From NCBI GenBank assembly GCA_023412975.1, contig JAEZRB010000152.1, forward strand, positions 998-64,997: 64,000 nt of DNA. Direction: 5' to 3'. Made by a program: the position numbers and the translations under genes. Each line of letters starts with the position of its first letter. Within the stretch, counting starts at the first letter, position 1. This stretch comes from Bacteroidota bacterium. Its GTDB lineage: Bacteria; Bacteroidota; Bacteroidia; Chitinophagales; Chitinophagaceae. The notes under the pieces are model-generated. The model was not told the origin of the DNA. It searched no databases and worked only from the letters and a program-made list of their open reading frames with translations. Shown here piece by piece: positions 50,953-63,330 of the stretch.

Positions 50953-50969
50953 TATGTACTTATAACACA
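50953..50969. promoter_or_regulatory. NrtR-type operator beside amylase promoter (-7-like TATCTTCG at 50948-50941)
   Basis: TATGT-ACTTATA-ACACA. Confidence 0.7.
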
Positions 50970-51081
50970 TTAATTTTTTAAATAAGACTGGTCGGGAGAA
51001 ATGGTCTGTATTGAATCGGGAGTTGAGCTAAACCTGCATCTACTCGGTCCGGTAAATCCCCATAATCCAGGTCCAAAATAG

Positions 51082-53232
<2,151 letters not shown>

Positions 53233-53247
53233 AAAGGTAATAAGAAT

Positions 53248-53916
53248 ATGCTCAAGACTTCAACAATCAAATTTTTAAAAGACCTGCGTAAGCATAACAA
53301 TAAACCCTGGTTTGATCAGCATCGACAGGATTACGAAAATGCAAAAGCGGACTTTTCAGCCTTCGTGCAACTCGTTATTGACAAACATGGGAAAAAAGAT
53401 CCTGGCATTGCGCACCTGAAGGCAAAGGATTGTATATTCCGCATCAACAGGGATGTTCGTTTCTCTAAGGACAAGTCGCCGTACAAAACCAATATGGGTG
53501 CCTATTTCAATCCCGAAGGAAAAAAATCAAAACTGGGCGGCTATTATTTTCACTGTGAACCGGGACAGAGTTTTGTGGGAGGCGGCATCTGGATGCCGCT
53601 TCCGGCCGACCTGGCCAAGATCAGGCAGGAGATCGATTACAACCTGGATGGATTCAAAAAACTCATTACAGCACGTAAGTTTAAAAATGTATATGGTGAT
53701 CTTTCGCACAGTCCCGAGTATTCGCTGAGCCGTGTGCCGAAAGGTTATGAAGCCGACAACCCTGCTGCGGAATACCTCAAACTGAAGAGTTATGTGGCAA
53801 TGACGCCCCTATCCGATAGCGACCTTGTATCTAAAGACCTGGTCAAAAAAGTGCTGGAAGCCTTTGAAACTCTGCTCCCACTGCTACGATTCATGAATGA
53901 AAGCATCCGTGGTTAA
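53248..53916 (+). CDS. DUF2461 family protein
   Basis: NNKPWF, FRINRDVRFSKDKSPYK. Confidence 0.9.
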   Translation: MLKTSTIKFLKDLRKHNNKPWFDQHRQDYENAKADFSAFVQLVIDKHGKKDPGIAHLKAKDCIFRINRDVRFSKDKSPYKTNMGAYFNPEGKKSKLGGYYFHCEPGQSFVGGGIWMPLPADLAKIRQEIDYNLDGFKKLITARKFKNVYGDLSHSPEYSLSRVPKGYEADNPAAEYLKLKSYVAMTPLSDSDLVSKDLVKKVLEAFETLLPLLRFMNESIRG

Positions 53917-54028
53917 ATCCGGCACGATTATTATAATTCCTTAATTATCAACATTAGAATAATATTAACCAAATAAATTTGCCAAATTCAATGTTTAAAC
54001 ATTAATTTTGTACTCTAAACTTATCATT

Positions 54029-54574
54029 ATGTCAACATGGATTATTGATACCGCACACACCGAGATTGGATTTAAGGTAAAACACCTCGTGATCTCAACC
54101 GTTTCAGGAAAATTTACAAAGTTTGAAGGCAAGCTGGAAGGCGATCCCGCCGACTTCTCCAACGCGCAGATTACATTTACTGCCGACATTGACAGTATTA
54201 CAACTGGTAATGAACAACGTGATGGACATTTGAAATCCGCTGATTTTTTTGATGCCGCCAATCACCCTAAACTAAGTTTTAAATCCACCGCTATAGTTGG
54301 GAAAGGTGATAATGAATATAAAGTCACCGGCGAACTGACCATCAGGAATACAACCAAACCCATTTCGCTGAATGTTGAATTTGGTGGTGTACAGAACGAC
54401 CTGTACGGCCAGACCGTTGCAGGATTTGAAATAACCGGTAAGATCAACCGCCAGGAATATGGGCTTAGCTGGAACGCCGTAACCGAAGCGGGCGGTATCG
54501 TGGTAGCAGATGATGTGAAGCTTATCATCAACGCCGAACTGGTGAAACAAGTGAAAGAAGCCGCCACGGCTTAA
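54029..54574 (+). CDS. yceI: YceI-family protein
   Basis: WIIDTAH, FKVKH, RDGHLKSADFF. Confidence 0.93.
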   Translation: MSTWIIDTAHTEIGFKVKHLVISTVSGKFTKFEGKLEGDPADFSNAQITFTADIDSITTGNEQRDGHLKSADFFDAANHPKLSFKSTAIVGKGDNEYKVTGELTIRNTTKPISLNVEFGGVQNDLYGQTVAGFEITGKINRQEYGLSWNAVTEAGGIVVADDVKLIINAELVKQVKEAATA

Positions 54575-54592
54575 CCATAACTTAAACAGTTG

Positions 54593-54635
54593 AAGTGGGA
54601 TAAAGAAAACAAAAGGAGTTTTCTTTATCCCACTT
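54593..54635 (+). terminator. 18-bp perfect hairpin after yceI
   Basis: AAGTGGGATAAAGAAAAC / GTTTTCTTTATCCCACTT. Confidence 0.75.
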
Positions 54636-54853
54636 TACATTTATATCACCGCAAGCCCTATTTAATTCCAGGTTTCTTCCCCTACAGCGGTATGTATACA
54701 TGCATGCCTAATTTGGCTTTTAATTTTTTATTGATATACAATAGCTTGTACGTAATCCCACCCAGCTTTCACAATTTAATATGCAAATATTTCGTTAAGT
54801 GAGTTGCATACCCTTTGATGGGTTTGTACTTTGTTTGAGCAAAAACAAACCTT

Positions 54854-55540
54854 ATGAAAAAAATTGTACCCTTACTTTCTGTGGCTTTGATTTTAGTCTC
54901 TGTATCATGTAGCCGCAAGTATTACACTTCATCATTCTTCGAACAACAAACAGCAGGTCACCGCATCATCGCGGTTTTACCATCCGAAATAGTGTTAACA
55001 GGAAAACAACCTGAGCAATTAACACCAGAACAGATCGCCCAAATCGAGGAAGAGGAAAGCAAAGCCTTCCAGCTTGCCCTTTACAGTAATATCCTGCAAC
55101 ACGCCAATTCCAGAAAATATTATATGTCGGTCGGCGTGCAGGATGTCCATAAAACCATGTCAGTACTCGAGGAAAATGGTATCACCCTGCGCGAATCCTG
55201 GAAACTGGATGACAAAAAGCTCGCTTCGTTACTCGGAGTGGATGCGGTTGTAAGGATGCAGATCAGAAAGAAAAGATATATGAGCGATTATGCATCATAC
55301 GGCGTGACCATCGCAAAGGACGTGATCAGCCAGACACCACTTGGTAATAAGCTGCCCATACCGCGTAGTCTTGGTAAAACTGAAGATATCTATGCCTATT
55401 GCAGCGTGGTGAGTAATAGTGTTACACTATGGAACAATAATTATAAGGCTGCCGCCGACTGGGATAATCCTTCCACTGTGATCATCGAAAACATCACGGA
55501 TAATTTTGGAAGATATTTTCCTTATAAAAAAAGAAGGTAG
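54854..55540 (+). CDS. Hypothetical lipoprotein
   Basis: VSC lipobox; IAVLP...LGVDAVV pattern. Confidence 0.75.
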   Translation: MKKIVPLLSVALILVSVSCSRKYYTSSFFEQQTAGHRIIAVLPSEIVLTGKQPEQLTPEQIAQIEEEESKAFQLALYSNILQHANSRKYYMSVGVQDVHKTMSVLEENGITLRESWKLDDKKLASLLGVDAVVRMQIRKKRYMSDYASYGVTIAKDVISQTPLGNKLPIPRSLGKTEDIYAYCSVVSNSVTLWNNNYKAAADWDNPSTVIIENITDNFGRYFPYKKRR

Positions 55541-55560
55541 ATTTCTTTAGCCGTTTTAAG

Positions 55561-55627
55561 GAATGTTCAATTTTCATCGTTCAGGTGAGAAAAGCTAGCC
55601 TTTTTGAACAGAGAAAATTGAACATTC
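55561..55627. terminator. Long hairpin between convergent genes
   Basis: GAATGTTCAATTTTC / GAAAATTGAACATTC, 15-bp inverted repeat. Confidence 0.6.
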
Positions 55628-55656
55628 TGTCTTAATAATCTATTCAATCACTTGTA

Positions 55657-56649
55657 TTAATTCAACAGTCCTTTCCCCACCAGGTATTCAGCTATCTGAA
55701 CTGCGTTGGTTGCCGCTCCTTTCCTTAGGTTATCGCTAACAATCCACATGTTTAGGGTGTTTGGCTGTGTTTCATCCCTGCGCAGGCGACCAACAAAAAC
55801 CTCATCCCTCTCATGCGCATCCTTTGGCATTGGGTATAAGGCATTGGCCGGATCATCAACGACTACCACGCCAGGGGCACCTGACAATATTGTTTTCACC
55901 TCGGGAAGTTCAAAATCATTTGCAAATTCAATATTTACGCTTTCGCTATGTCCACCCATCACCGGTATGCGTACAGTAGTGGCGGTAACGCGGATAGAAT
56001 CGTCGCGCATGATCTTTTTTGTTTCATTGACCATCTTCATTTCTTCCTTGGTATAACCATTATCAACGAAAACATCAATTTGTGGTATTACGTTCAGGTC
56101 AATGGGATATTGATATGCTTTCTCACCCTCAACGCCATTGCGTTCATTCATCAGCTGGTTCACCGCTTTTACACCTGTACCTGTTACACTTTGATACGTG
56201 CTCACCACAATTCGTTTGATCCCGTATTTTTTATGCAGCGGATTTAATGCCACCACCATCTGAATAGTTGAGCAGTTAGGGTTAGCAATGATCTTATCCT
56301 CGCCCGTAAGCGCATCAGCATTGATCTCCGGCACCACCAGCTTTTTTGTTGTATCCATTCGCCAGGCAGATGAGTTATCAATGACAGTGATACCGGCTTC
56401 TGCAAACTTTGGCGCCCATTCCAGCGAAGTACCGCCGCCAGCAGAAAATAATGCCACGGCCGGCTTTGCTGCGATAGCATCCGTCATGCTTACAACTTTG
56501 TACTTTTTCCCCTTGAATTCAATTTCCTTTCCAACTGATCTTTCTGATGCAACAGGCAACAATTCTGTAACGGGAAAATTTCTTTCCGCCAGTACCTGTA
56601 GCATTTTGGTGCCTACCAATCCTGTAGCGCCTACTACTGCAACTTTCAT
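55657..56649 (-). CDS. asd: Aspartate-semialdehyde dehydrogenase
   Basis: GATGLVG, IDNSSAWR, NPNCST, DNLRKGAATNAVQIAE. Confidence 0.99.
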   Translation of the reverse strand: MKVAVVGATGLVGTKMLQVLAERNFPVTELLPVASERSVGKEIEFKGKKYKVVSMTDAIAAKPAVALFSAGGGTSLEWAPKFAEAGITVIDNSSAWRMDTTKKLVVPEINADALTGEDKIIANPNCSTIQMVVALNPLHKKYGIKRIVVSTYQSVTGTGVKAVNQLMNERNGVEGEKAYQYPIDLNVIPQIDVFVDNGYTKEEMKMVNETKKIMRDDSIRVTATTVRIPVMGGHSESVNIEFANDFELPEVKTILSGAPGVVVVDDPANALYPMPKDAHERDEVFVGRLRRDETQPNTLNMWIVSDNLRKGAATNAVQIAEYLVGKGLLN

Positions 56650-56736
56650 AATTACCTCCTGGCCTCCCGCCTGCGCGGAAGGAATTTAATTGTTTAAAAA
56701 TATTTGTGCCGTGCTGAAATCGATGCCTGGGTATAC

Positions 56737-56768
56737 AAAAAAACAGGCCTTCCATCCGGAAGGCCTGC
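56737..56768 (-). terminator. Attenuator terminator upstream of asd
   Basis: CAGGCCTTCC-GGAT-GGAAGGCCTG-TTTTTTT. Confidence 0.9.
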
Positions 56769-56810
56769 TAAACTTTTATATGGTTACATACATAACGCCG
56801 CAAACCTTCC

Positions 56811-56855
56811 TTAGGAGAATGTCTTCGTGCGTTTTGTATGTTTCATTGATTTCAT
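56811..56855 (-). CDS. asd leader peptide MKSMKHTKRTKTFS
   Basis: 14 codons, 9 of them Met/Lys/Thr; lies between promoter and terminator. Confidence 0.8.
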   Translation of the reverse strand: MKSMKHTKRTKTFS

Positions 56856-56862
56856 TGCTTCG

Positions 56863-56894
56863 CAAAAATAGGTTACTGGCCCATTCAGTCCAAA
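56863..56894 (-). promoter_or_regulatory. Bacteroidota housekeeping promoter for leader-asd
   Basis: TTTG-N20-TATTTTTG. Confidence 0.8.
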
Positions 56895-57014
56895 TATTCA
56901 AATCAAAATGCAGTTAAATCGTCATCAACGCTTTTAACAACCCCGAGAAAAATACATTAATCACCCGGTGATTTTCCCCTTTTACGTCAACACGGAGCCT
57001 GTAAATTGGCAGTC

Positions 57015-58721
57015 ATGAAAACCACCTGGCTTCTATACTTCATCATACTTACGAATGTTCTGTCGGCGCAAAACCGGTATGATATCATCATAACAGAGAT
57101 CATGTGCGATCCTTCGCCCCAGGTTGGATTACCTAACAATGAATGGATCGAAATCCATAACATCTCCGGCTCAGCTATTAGCTTATTGGACTGGCGTATT
57201 GCTGATGCATCCGGTCAAAGTGGTCCTTTGCCAGAATTTATCCTCGAAGCAAACAGTTATGTGATCATTTGTGCTACCAGTGCACGCGATGCTATGACCA
57301 CATTCGCGACCGTCATTGCTGTCACGAGCTTCCCATCACTAGATAATGATGGTGAAATAATAATGCTAAAGGATCTCCATGGCTCGGTCATTCACGCCGT
57401 TGAATATTCTTCAGCCTGGTACCAAAATGAATTAAAGAAAGATGGTGGCTGGTCACTCGAGATGATCAACACTGGTACCCCCTGCCTGGGAAATACGAAC
57501 TGGAAAGCAAGTACAGACATTAGGGGAGGCACACCCGGACTGGTAAATTCAGTGAACGCGTTGATTGAAGACAGGCAGGAACCGGAACTGAAAAATGCCT
57601 ATTTAGACATTGACTCAAATATAATCCTGGTATTTACTGAACCTCTTGACAGCTCGGCCGCCGCGATTGCGACAAACTATACCATAGATGGTGGTATCGT
57701 TATCACATCGGCAGAAACGTTGCCGCCTATATTTAACCGGGTGCAGCTGAAAACCGATAAATCTCTTTCGAGCGGTACCATTTATAATATATCTGCCAAT
57801 AACATCAATGATTGTAAAGGAAACATAAACGGATCAGCCAATAAAACAAAAGTTGGTCTTCCCCAACAGGCGGTGCCGCGTGATGTGATCATCAACGAGA
57901 TCCTGTTTAACCCCCGACCCAATGCCAACGACTATGTTGAACTTTTCAATAGAAGTGAAAAGATAATGGACATATCAAGCCTCTATCTTGCCAACAGGAA
58001 CAGCAACAACGCAATCAATGCGATCACCCAACTCAGTCCTACACCGGTCTACCTTTTTCCCCGCGACTATATAGTGGTAACCACCGATGCAGAAAACCTG
58101 GCACTGCAGTATATGGTTTCTAGCCCAGATGCCGTTTTTACCCGCCAATCACTGCCGTCCTACCCCGACAGTGAAGGGTTTGTCGTGGTGCTGAATCAGC
58201 AGGGTGAGGTGCTGGACGAAGTGCAATATTCAGACGACTGGCATTTTAAATTAATTACTGACCCGGAAGGTGTTTCGCTGGAAAGACTGGATCCGGATGC
58301 GGAAACACAAAATGCACACAACTGGCATTCGGCCGCCTCCACTGCGGGTTATGGTACACCCGGTTATCGCAATTCTCATACACTTCAGGTTCAGGATATA
58401 CCAGCCAGTTTTGAAGTCAATCCCAGGGTATTCTCGCCCGACAATGATGGTCTGGATGATATTGCAACTATACAATATAAGATCAGCGAGCCCGACTACC
58501 TTGCCAATATTACCATATTTGACGCGACGGGGAGACCGGTCAAACAGCTTGTCAGGAATGGCCTGCTAGGCATAAATGGTTATTGGAACTGGGACGGGTT
58601 GGATGATAAAGGGCTGAAGTTGCCGGTTGGCACCTATATCCTCTACACCGAGATATTTAACCTTGCGGGTAAAAAGAAAAGGTTTAAAAATACAATCGTA
58701 CTTGCCCGGAAATTAAAGTAG
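57015..58721 (+). CDS. Lamin-tail-domain protein with Ig-like domain and T9SS type-B-like CTD
   Basis: Two I(T/N)EI...E(W/Y)xE...GTPG LTD-like units; FSPDNDGLDD. Confidence 0.8.
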   Translation: MKTTWLLYFIILTNVLSAQNRYDIIITEIMCDPSPQVGLPNNEWIEIHNISGSAISLLDWRIADASGQSGPLPEFILEANSYVIICATSARDAMTTFATVIAVTSFPSLDNDGEIIMLKDLHGSVIHAVEYSSAWYQNELKKDGGWSLEMINTGTPCLGNTNWKASTDIRGGTPGLVNSVNALIEDRQEPELKNAYLDIDSNIILVFTEPLDSSAAAIATNYTIDGGIVITSAETLPPIFNRVQLKTDKSLSSGTIYNISANNINDCKGNINGSANKTKVGLPQQAVPRDVIINEILFNPRPNANDYVELFNRSEKIMDISSLYLANRNSNNAINAITQLSPTPVYLFPRDYIVVTTDAENLALQYMVSSPDAVFTRQSLPSYPDSEGFVVVLNQQGEVLDEVQYSDDWHFKLITDPEGVSLERLDPDAETQNAHNWHSAASTAGYGTPGYRNSHTLQVQDIPASFEVNPRVFSPDNDGLDDIATIQYKISEPDYLANITIFDATGRPVKQLVRNGLLGINGYWNWDGLDDKGLKLPVGTYILYTEIFNLAGKKKRFKNTIVLARKLK

Positions 58722-58749
58722 TCAAGTAATGCTGCCGCCAATTCTATAT

Positions 58750-59673
58750 CTACACCAGTTCAATTTCAAAATTTACCAGGTTTTTGAACAACTGGATCCT
58801 GGCATCGATATCATCTTTTGTAATTTCTTTTAGGCGGGTAGGGCCGAATTTTTCAACACAAAAACTGGCCATAGCGGAGCCCACAATAATACCTCGTTTC
58901 ATATTGTCGAACGAAATATCACCTGTCTTTGCAAGATGTCCCATAAATCCACCGGCAAATGTATCACCAGCCCCGGTGGGATCAAATACATCTTCCAGCG
59001 GCAAAGCCGGCGCAAAAAACACTTCAGTATCGTGAAACAGCAAAGCACCATGCTCGCCTTTCTTAACGATAAGATATTTCGGCCCCATTTGCATAATGGA
59101 CTTCGCAGCCTTCACCAGCGAAAACTGCCCGGTTAGCTGCCGGGCTTCCGCATCATTGATGATCAGCATGTCGACATACTTCAGCACAATATTTAATTCC
59201 GACAAGGCGGATTCCATCCAGAAATTCATGGTGTCCATCGCGATCAGCCTCGGCCGCTTTCTCATTTCCTGGATTACATTTAGCTGTATCCTGGGAGCAA
59301 GATTGCCCAGCATAAGGAACTCAGCATCCTGGTAACTGTCGGGGATATGCGGATCAAAATCCGCCAGCACATTCAGGTCAGTGATCAATGTATCACGGCT
59401 ATTCATATCCTCATGATAGCGGCCCTTCCAAAAGAAAGACTTCTTACCGGGCACCACTTCCACACCATCGAGGTGTACACCTCTTTTTCGCAGTTCTTCC
59501 ATTTCTTCCGCGGGGAAATCAGAACCGATAATCGATATCTGTTGGATGGGTTTAACGAAATAAGACGCAGCATAAGCCACGTAAACGGCTGAGCCACCTA
59601 TGATCCGTTCTGTTTTGCCAAAAGGGGTTTCAATCGCATCAAAGGCCATGGTACCTACCGAAATCAGAGACAT
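58750..59673 (-). CDS. PfkB-family carbohydrate kinase
   Basis: IGGSA, KKGEHGA, DPTGAGDTFAGG. Confidence 0.95.
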   Translation of the reverse strand: MSLISVGTMAFDAIETPFGKTERIIGGSAVYVAYAASYFVKPIQQISIIGSDFPAEEMEELRKRGVHLDGVEVVPGKKSFFWKGRYHEDMNSRDTLITDLNVLADFDPHIPDSYQDAEFLMLGNLAPRIQLNVIQEMRKRPRLIAMDTMNFWMESALSELNIVLKYVDMLIINDAEARQLTGQFSLVKAAKSIMQMGPKYLIVKKGEHGALLFHDTEVFFAPALPLEDVFDPTGAGDTFAGGFMGHLAKTGDISFDNMKRGIIVGSAMASFCVEKFGPTRLKEITKDDIDARIQLFKNLVNFEIELV

Positions 59674-59783
59674 GAAAGTTTGTTTTTGTTGTAATACTAT
59701 TGTTACTGCGGGCAATATTACGCCAATTAAACCAATCCTTAATTCCGCCATTCTGAATTAATGGCAACTACTTATCTTTGGGT

Positions 59784-60377
59784 ATGGCCAAAATACAGCG
59801 TCGCAAGGCATCCAAAAAGGAACTGATCCTGGAAAAAGCAGCTACCATGTTCCGGCAAAAAGGTTTTGCCGCTACTTCAATGCGTGACCTGGCCGAAACA
59901 GTGGGCATTGAAGCTGCGAGTTTGTACAATCATATCCGCTCAAAAAACGAAATACTCGAGGCCATTTGCTTTGATGTGGCCAACCGCTTCAATAACAATA
60001 TGGCATTGATCGAGTCGGGTAACCAGAGTTCCATCACCAAAATCGAAACCCTGCTCCGGTTCCATATCCGGCAAATGGTAGAGAAATATGAAGAAGTCTA
60101 TGTAAGTGACCGGGAGTGGAAACATCTGGAAGAACCTTACCTATCCAATTTTCAAAACCAGCGAAGTAATTACCGAAAAAAATTCGCTGCCATCATAGAA
60201 AGCGGCATACAAAAAAACGAGATCCGTAAGATCGATGCACCTACTGCCGTTCTGATCATGCTCCATGCGGTGAGTGGTATCGAATCATGGCACCGCTCGA
60301 AATCGAGGATCAACGCCGGCGAACTCGAAGATAATATGGTGATGATCATGATTGACGGCTTAAGAAAACAGGGTTGA
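59784..60377 (+). CDS. TetR-family regulator (PaaR-like)
   Basis: FRQKGFAATSMRDLA...SLYNHIRSK; TATCTTTG 3 nt upstream of ATG. Confidence 0.9.
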   Translation: MAKIQRRKASKKELILEKAATMFRQKGFAATSMRDLAETVGIEAASLYNHIRSKNEILEAICFDVANRFNNNMALIESGNQSSITKIETLLRFHIRQMVEKYEEVYVSDREWKHLEEPYLSNFQNQRSNYRKKFAAIIESGIQKNEIRKIDAPTAVLIMLHAVSGIESWHRSKSRINAGELEDNMVMIMIDGLRKQG

Positions 60378-60380
60378 TCC

Positions 60381-61478
60381 ATGTCACTTCACTTTCACTC
60401 GCTCCGAATAAAGGAAATCCGAAAAGAAACTCCTGAATGTGTGTCTGTAGTGTTTGATGTACCTGCAGAGCTGGTAGAACGGTTCAGATTCCTACAGGGT
60501 CAAAGTCTCACCATGCGAACCCGGATCAACGACCAGGAAGTAAGGCGAACTTATTCTATTTGCAGCAGTCCCCTCGACAATGAACTTCGAGTAGCGATCA
60601 AAAAAGTCGATGGTGGCTTATTTTCCCCTTTCGCTAATGACCAGTTAAAGGAAGGCGATATCCTGGAAGTGATGGAGCCCGTTGGTAAGTTCTATACCGA
60701 CCTCGATCCTACGCAAAAAAAGAACTACCTCGCAATTGCGGCGGGGAGTGGGATCACACCCGTCATTTCATTGATAAAAACAACACTCGCCACAGAGTCG
60801 TTAAGTCGTTTTACGCTTATCTATGGCAATAGGAGTCGTGCCTCAATCATTTTTTTTGAAGAACTGGAAGCTATCAAAAACAAGTATCTCGAGCGGTTCA
60901 ACCTGATCAATGTCCTTAGCCGCGAAAGAACCGATGCAAGTATCAACTTTGGACGCATCGATATTGAAAAGCTGCTGGAGTTATCAAAACTTGTTGATTT
61001 TAGCAGTGTGGACGAAGTCTTTATTTGCGGTCCCGAAGAAATGATCTTTAGCACAAAAGAATTTCTAGAACAAAAAGGGATAGACAAGAAGAATATCCAT
61101 TTTGAACTGTTTACAACACCCGGCGTACCTAAAGGGAGCATAGATGGAGGGTTGGGATCAAAGAGCGTGAAGACCAGCAGCCAGCCGGCTGAAGAGAGAA
61201 GTAAAGTAACCATCAAAGTAGATGGTCGATCCCTGGATTTTGAACTTGGTTCTGACGAGGAAGCAATATTAGATGCTGCCCTGAAACGCGGCGCTGATCT
61301 TCCTTATGCCTGTAAAGGAGGTGTATGTTGTACCTGCAAAGCCAGGCTTGTCGAAGGTGAGGTAGAGATGGATGTGCACTGGGGCCTCGAAGATGATGAA
61401 ATTCAACAGGGCTATATTCTCACCTGCCAGTCGCATCCAAAGACTCCGGTTGTGGTAGTTGATTTTGATGTGAAATAA
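60381..61478 (+). CDS. paaE: Phenylacetyl-CoA epoxidase reductase subunit
   Basis: RTYSICS, AAGSGITP, CGP, ACKGGVCCTC [2Fe-2S], LTCQ. Confidence 0.88.
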   Translation: MSLHFHSLRIKEIRKETPECVSVVFDVPAELVERFRFLQGQSLTMRTRINDQEVRRTYSICSSPLDNELRVAIKKVDGGLFSPFANDQLKEGDILEVMEPVGKFYTDLDPTQKKNYLAIAAGSGITPVISLIKTTLATESLSRFTLIYGNRSRASIIFFEELEAIKNKYLERFNLINVLSRERTDASINFGRIDIEKLLELSKLVDFSSVDEVFICGPEEMIFSTKEFLEQKGIDKKNIHFELFTTPGVPKGSIDGGLGSKSVKTSSQPAEERSKVTIKVDGRSLDFELGSDEEAILDAALKRGADLPYACKGGVCCTCKARLVEGEVEMDVHWGLEDDEIQQGYILTCQSHPKTPVVVVDFDVK

Positions 61479-61863
61479 TTATTGCTGGAGTCATTGGTTG
61501 AAAGCGTAGAAATTTTTCATTAATCACAGATCAGGATAAAAACGTTTTATTACGTTTTTTACCCATGGTTTTGATAATGATCCCTACGACATTTACATTG
61601 TATTAGGGGTACCGAAAAATCCAGTGTCCGTGATGACAATTGTTGAAAGCCAAAGGAGTGACTTCATCACCAGCGAACTTCGCTGTCAATGAAGTTGTAT
61701 ACCTCCCTTAAAAAAGGCAGGTGAGTAGGTGGGGGAGGGAGGGCCCCGCGAGGGGAAGCAAATCTTGAGGTGACTCCCATTTAAAACATAGCGCCCGGAT
61801 CAATTATTCTCCCTTTTTAATAACCCGCACCCCTACAATTTTTTCAACCGACTTTTCTTCAAC

Positions 61864-63315
61864 CTACCACACATACGTTCCCGCGCTATTCCCCGGCAAC
61901 ACCGTCGTTGTCCATTTATCCCTGAATTTGATATTAAACGTTATCGCTGACGCGCCGTCGTTCAAAGCAATAAGCACTTTCTTTTTCTCCGGCGTCAAAA
62001 AAGCTACCGTATACAGACTCCCGTGATTTTCACTCGCCACACGCACCGATCCGGGAGGAACAAACTTTGATGCCTGGGCAATAATATAATAAGAAACATT
62101 CCTTGTAGTCGTCGTACCGATGGTTAACGCGCCTTTGCACTGCGTACAACCACCCGGTGTATGCGGGCCAAAACCTGGATCATTCGCCAGGTTCCACTCC
62201 AGCGCCACGCGACTCCAGTTCCGCATCGACCCAATGATTACATTTTTCAAATGCCATTTAAAATCACCTTCGAATCCACCTGTGGAAGAAGTCCATTGTT
62301 CAGTGAAGTATACATGCTTATCCGGGTGACTGGCATGTACGGTCGACAGAGCACTGATATCTCCGGCATATAAGTGGAAGGCTGAACCATCAACAAAAGC
62401 TTTGGCCGCCGGGTCATTGAGTATGGTTAATGGATAATCCGGCCGGTCGCAGTTGTGATCATAGACAATAATCTTTGTAGAAACACCAGCCGCCTGGAAT
62501 GCTGGTCCTAAACTGTTTTTTATAAAATCCCTTTGTTGCTCCGCAGTCATCAACAGGCTTGGATTATTGCCGGGATGCAATGGCTCGTTTTGCGGTGTAA
62601 TGGCATCTATGGTAATACCCTCACCTTTCATCTGTTGAATGTACTTCACAAAATATTGGGCATATACGTCATAATACTGGGGTAGCAGGCTTCCACCAAT
62701 AGAACTTCCATTATCCTTCATCCATACCGGCGGTGTCCAGGGACTTCCTAATATTTTAATCGATGGGTTAATAGCAAGGATTTCCTTCAATAAAGGAATT
62801 AACCCACTACCACCGGCCCGCTCTGCATCGAGACTAAAATTGGAAAGTGTAGGATCTGTTTGGCCTGCAGGCATATCATTATAAGTATAAACTGAAGCGC
62901 TAAGGTCAGAGGCTCCGATACTGATACGCAGGTAACTTATTCCAATTGAAGTAGGGGAATTACCAAATAATTCCTGTAGCAGTGCGGCCTTTGTAGCAGC
63001 AGACAAACCATTAATTAGGGAAGCACTCCCACTGGTTAACGTATATCCAAACCCATCAACAGTCTGAAAACGCTGTGTGGTATCTACCGTTATATATGGA
63101 TTTGTATTGGCAGAAGTTCCAAATCCCAACACTACAGATTGCTTTGCAAGCAGGACGGATTGATCGCCCTTTGACAGCCAGAAATCCACCTCATTCACGG
63201 CCGGTGGCGGCGGAGGAGGTGGAGGTGGCGTCTCTTCCTGCGCTTTTTCTTTAGAACATCCTCCACGAAGATTCAGAACAGCCACCATTACTATTATTAA
63301 AATTCTTAGTTGCAT
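61864..63315 (-). CDS. GH30 lipoprotein (glucosylceramidase/beta-1,6-glucanase-like)
   Basis: SPWTPP, QNEP, DHNCD, FTEQW; poly-Pro linker. Confidence 0.9.
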   Translation of the reverse strand: MQLRILIIVMVAVLNLRGGCSKEKAQEETPPPPPPPPPAVNEVDFWLSKGDQSVLLAKQSVVLGFGTSANTNPYITVDTTQRFQTVDGFGYTLTSGSASLINGLSAATKAALLQELFGNSPTSIGISYLRISIGASDLSASVYTYNDMPAGQTDPTLSNFSLDAERAGGSGLIPLLKEILAINPSIKILGSPWTPPVWMKDNGSSIGGSLLPQYYDVYAQYFVKYIQQMKGEGITIDAITPQNEPLHPGNNPSLLMTAEQQRDFIKNSLGPAFQAAGVSTKIIVYDHNCDRPDYPLTILNDPAAKAFVDGSAFHLYAGDISALSTVHASHPDKHVYFTEQWTSSTGGFEGDFKWHLKNVIIGSMRNWSRVALEWNLANDPGFGPHTPGGCTQCKGALTIGTTTTRNVSYYIIAQASKFVPPGSVRVASENHGSLYTVAFLTPEKKKVLIALNDGASAITFNIKFRDKWTTTVLPGNSAGTYVW

Positions 63316-63330
63316 AGAGCGGTATTTATT

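Noticed and set aside
56650..56900. Lysine or SAM riboswitch upstream of asd
   Set aside because: The leader is short, lacks recognisable aptamer motifs and is explained by the uORF attenuator.
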